From: Curvularia clavata
Taxonomy: Eukaryota
Reading direction: 5' to 3'
DNA length: 64,000 nucleotides
NCBI GenBank assembly: GCA_023920165.1
Contig: CP089275.1
Span: forward strand, 1,736,001-1,800,000
Below the pieces are notes generated by a model. It was given only the letters and a program-made list of their open reading frames with translations. It ran no database searches and was not told the DNA's origin. A program made the position numbers and the translations under genes. Within the stretch, counting starts at the first letter, position 1, and every line of letters begins with the position of its first letter. Of this stretch, positions 60,909 to 64,000 are shown piece by piece.

Positions 60909-61841
60909 ATGGACCGAATAGATAGTGGATTCGCTGGACCTCAACATTCAAAAACTTCCAGTGAACAACCCGTGCCGCTTCACAGGAGCAACACGACATC
61001 TCCTCGCCGACAAAAGCCCGTGAAACAAGCTACAGAACCATCCTCGACTTCTTCTTTCCAAATCGCCAACATGGACCAACGACGACCCGTATCAGAGCAG
61101 CGCTCAAGACCACTACGCCAGCAATCCACAACTTCCTCCGAGAATTCTACCAACAGATCCAAGAGCCGCGGCCATGGCTCCAAGCCCTCCTCCTCGCGGC
61201 GTACTTCGTGCACAATTGTAGACCCCTCGCGACCAGCGCGCCACTACCGAATCAAGAGTTTCCAAGGCCCGCCTGCGGTCGTCACCCAAGATGTGGACGA
61301 CGTGCTCGCCCTCCACTTCCGCAGCTGCAGCATGTTCTCAAATCCCTCGTACCAATCCCACTCGGGGCTTCCCTCACCAGCTCTCTCCAGCGGCGACGCG
61401 TCCGGCTTCCCAAGCACCACTACACGCTTCAGCATGGACAGTCTGCGTGTCGTCCAAGAAACCGACGCGCATCGACAAAGCGAAGATTCCATGATCCACG
61501 AAAAGACAAACACAACCATGCACTGGACATCGCCGTGCACACGCAAGCGCGAGTACGAGAGAATCGACAAAGCCAACAGCGGACTCCGTGGTTTCCTGCG
61601 GAGAATGACACCACGATGTGTGTCTGGACCCCAAGAAAAGTTCTACGACAAAGACCAGTCTGACGTGGGGTCCGTCCGGCGATATCGCATCAACGACACT
61701 GACAATGATGACGAAGATGATGACGAGTTGGCCAACATGAAGGAGAAGCAGAAGCAGCAAGATGCGAGGAGACCTAGGACGAGCCCTGTGCCGCGACCAA
61801 ACTCTCGGCCAGGTATCAAGAAACGATGGACCTGTTTCTAA
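60909..61841 (+). CDS. Ser/Arg-rich hypothetical protein (~310 aa)
   Basis: ORF with an ACAATGG start context. Short conserved-looking blocks DVLALHFRSCSMF, HWTSPCTRKREYERIDKANSGLRGFLRR and DVGSVRRYR. Confidence 0.65.
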   Translation: MDRIDSGFAGPQHSKTSSEQPVPLHRSNTTSPRRQKPVKQATEPSSTSSFQIANMDQRRPVSEQRSRPLRQQSTTSSENSTNRSKSRGHGSKPSSSRRTSCTIVDPSRPARHYRIKSFQGPPAVVTQDVDDVLALHFRSCSMFSNPSYQSHSGLPSPALSSGDASGFPSTTTRFSMDSLRVVQETDAHRQSEDSMIHEKTNTTMHWTSPCTRKREYERIDKANSGLRGFLRRMTPRCVSGPQEKFYDKDQSDVGSVRRYRINDTDNDDEDDDELANMKEKQKQQDARRPRTSPVPRPNSRPGIKKRWTCF

Positions 61842-62811
61842 GGGTCTTTTGTCGTTCATCAGAGACGCGTAGTATCGTGCAAAGAGACCATCACCACGGC
61901 GATGACGACAACGGACCCAACGCACCGTCTACTCTCCAGTATGGTGCTAAATCACCCTTTCCTTTTTTTCATGCCGCAACGAACCAATCTTTTCGGGCGT
62001 ATACACTTGGATCAACCTTGTTGTCTTGCGCAGCAAGTCGGTACAATGGCGTTTTGGTTTATGTATCTTTCCTTTCTTTCGACCCACGATACCCACGGCA
62101 TTTATCCATTGCTATTGCGTGCGAGTTTTTTACCCATCATAGTCCTGTTTTATTGAGCAGTATACCAACCCACAGCCATGTACATAGACTTAGACACATG
62201 CAGGGTTTGCCTTTTTTTTAATAATTTCTATTGTCGTTGTTCAATCATCAAACTACTTTGCCATGATACTTGGTTAAGCACTGTTATTCAACTCCAAGTC
62301 CTTCTCTATAATCGTTCGTGAAATTCGTGGCTTCTATGAATCCTTGTTCTTGTAGCCGTGACCTTGCGAAAGCTTGCCAGATATATGTGGTCGTGGTCGC
62401 TCCTGCCGTTGTCACCAGGACCCACGTCAAGTTTTCAGCGACGGTATTCTCACCCTAACAGCTTTCTCCTCGCCATCTCTTCTTATTATCTCTCCCCGCC
62501 GCAACTTTCTGTCTTGTCTTCTCGGCGCCTACTTTCGATGCTTCTTCTTGACGCTTCTTCTCGCCATGTCGAACCATGTGGCTCGTAAACAGTTTTCTGA
62601 TATTGGTATACTGAATGAGAATGTCGCCAAGAATATGGGCCACTCTGAAACATTATTTAGGTCAAGCTAGTGTATCTTGTACCATGCAATAGACGACTAG
62701 GGTATGAGAATGTGTTCTTTTCATTCATAGCCGTCAATGTAAGAAGAAGTCCCAGGCCGACCCAGATACATATGAATCGTGTCGTCCCGACGAAAAGCTA
62801 GCTCCCTTGTC

Positions 62812-64000
62812 TTAGATACCTGCCCGCCTTTTAGGCCTTATAATATCGTCGACGGCGACTTCAGGCCTATTCAAGTCAACTGGCCGAAGCCGTTGCTGAC
62901 GAGGAGGCAGATTAACTCTGCCCCGCCCAGCCCGGTGAGCATCGATGCAGGAGTCTGCGATCTCTCGCAGTCTCTCTGCACCCACGTTCCAGACATTCTC
63001 GGCTGTCACGTCAAGCATATCATTTTTGACGTCCGTGAGCCAGTCGTGCAGTACGCTGGCCACGCGTTCAAACTCGGCGTCTTCAAAAGGATTGGCCACC
63101 AGGGGATCGTGCAGCCTTTCCAGGGTGTGGACCGTGATCGAATTGAGGCTTTTGAGGTCGCCCTTCCTCGTACGCCCCAAGAGAATGCGGTACTGCTGCC
63201 AGGTATATGCCCGGCCGACATCGTTCCCAGGGTCGAGCGGTTCTGGGATCTATGCGTAGACTCTTGGTGGTGGGGAAGGGAGCCATCTGGATACGATATG
63301 GCCATTGCATCCATCCACCGCGATGTCATGATTGGCTCCCCGATGTACGCAAGTTTGAGGTCTATGTCTTCATCGAACGTCCCCACTAGCTCTACATAAA
63401 AAGCTCTCAGGATGACCTTTTTCGCATCTTTAGGCGTGATAGGTCTTATTATAAGATTGGCGCTCGCCACAGGGCGCAGATACGAAAGACGAATCGTATC
63501 GGCGTTACGGAAAATTATTTGTGCTGGGTCGCGGTTATAGAATAGATCACCATTACGCTGGTGCTTCCTAGGCGACCACTTAGGTGGAAATTCCGTTGGA
63601 TCTTTATTCACCACACGGATTGTGGGTGTCCAGGTTGTAATGATGGTGAATTCGATGATTTAGTCAAACAAGTAGAGGTCCATATTGGTCTCTGCACCCT
63701 GTCTGTTGGGGATAAGTCCTCTGTGGTGGCGCCACGACGCCGCTGCACGAGCGAGCATTGGCTCAGTGAACCTCTCGTCTAAATCAGCTTGGACAGCCTG
63801 TCTCCAGGCGTCCAGCTGAGGCTGCAGGACGGCACGTCTCTGCCCCCATGCTTGGATGAACTGATTAGCGTCTGTCAACATCACACCACCAGTGTATCCG
63901 AGGCTATTGCCGAGGACAGCAGCGTTGACGGACCGTACGTCTTTGTTGAGTAGCATGACCTCTTGTGGCTTAATAAAGCCAGCATGGAACGCGTTCTTGG
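62812..64000 (-). pseudogene. Interrupted reading frame of unknown origin, continuing beyond the window
   Basis: ORFs 63956-63660 and 63614-63006 share a frame and are separated by a single TAA (63662-63660). A second frame ending at 62812 is broken by TAG (63252-63250). The segments look protein-like and no introns are apparent. Confidence 0.45.

Noticed and set aside
62779..63399. 206-aa plus-strand ORF
   Set aside because: It has a GTG start and overlaps the longer minus-strand remnant. It cannot be fully excluded but is unsupported.

Overview
Gene-dense DNA from a filamentous ascomycete. Short GT-AG introns with CTRAC branch sites and the gene content suggest a Dothideomycete/Pleosporales-like genome (inference). 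The window is dominated by a ~27 kb gene (11576-38893). The ORF track splits it in two, but one in-frame intron joins the halves into a ~9,060 aa leashin-like Woronin-body tether. Other genes, in order: 3' part of an ABCG transporter, a Pro-rich hypothetical protein, an AA9 LPMO, a peroxisomal copper amine oxidase, RNA15/CstF-64, an SDR, a MOSC-domain protein, allantoicase, an ankyrin+DIL protein, a group X hybrid histidine kinase, an alpha/beta hydrolase, two hypothetical proteins, and a stop-interrupted ORF remnant at the right edge. Non-obvious signals: (i) two abutting introns with a zero-nucleotide exon (AG|GT) in the histidine kinase; (ii) a 272-bp MITE-like element with 27-bp TIRs and a 5-bp TSD; (iii) a 3x81-bp hairpin-forming tandem repeat in which units 1 and 3 differ only by transitions; (iv) a perfect UaY-type site fused with two GATA sites upstream of allantoicase; (v) a hydrolase intron ending in GG instead of AG; (vi) possible alternative or exitron splice architecture and several internal repeat families in leashin. 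All calls come from reading the sequence by eye; no database searches were run.
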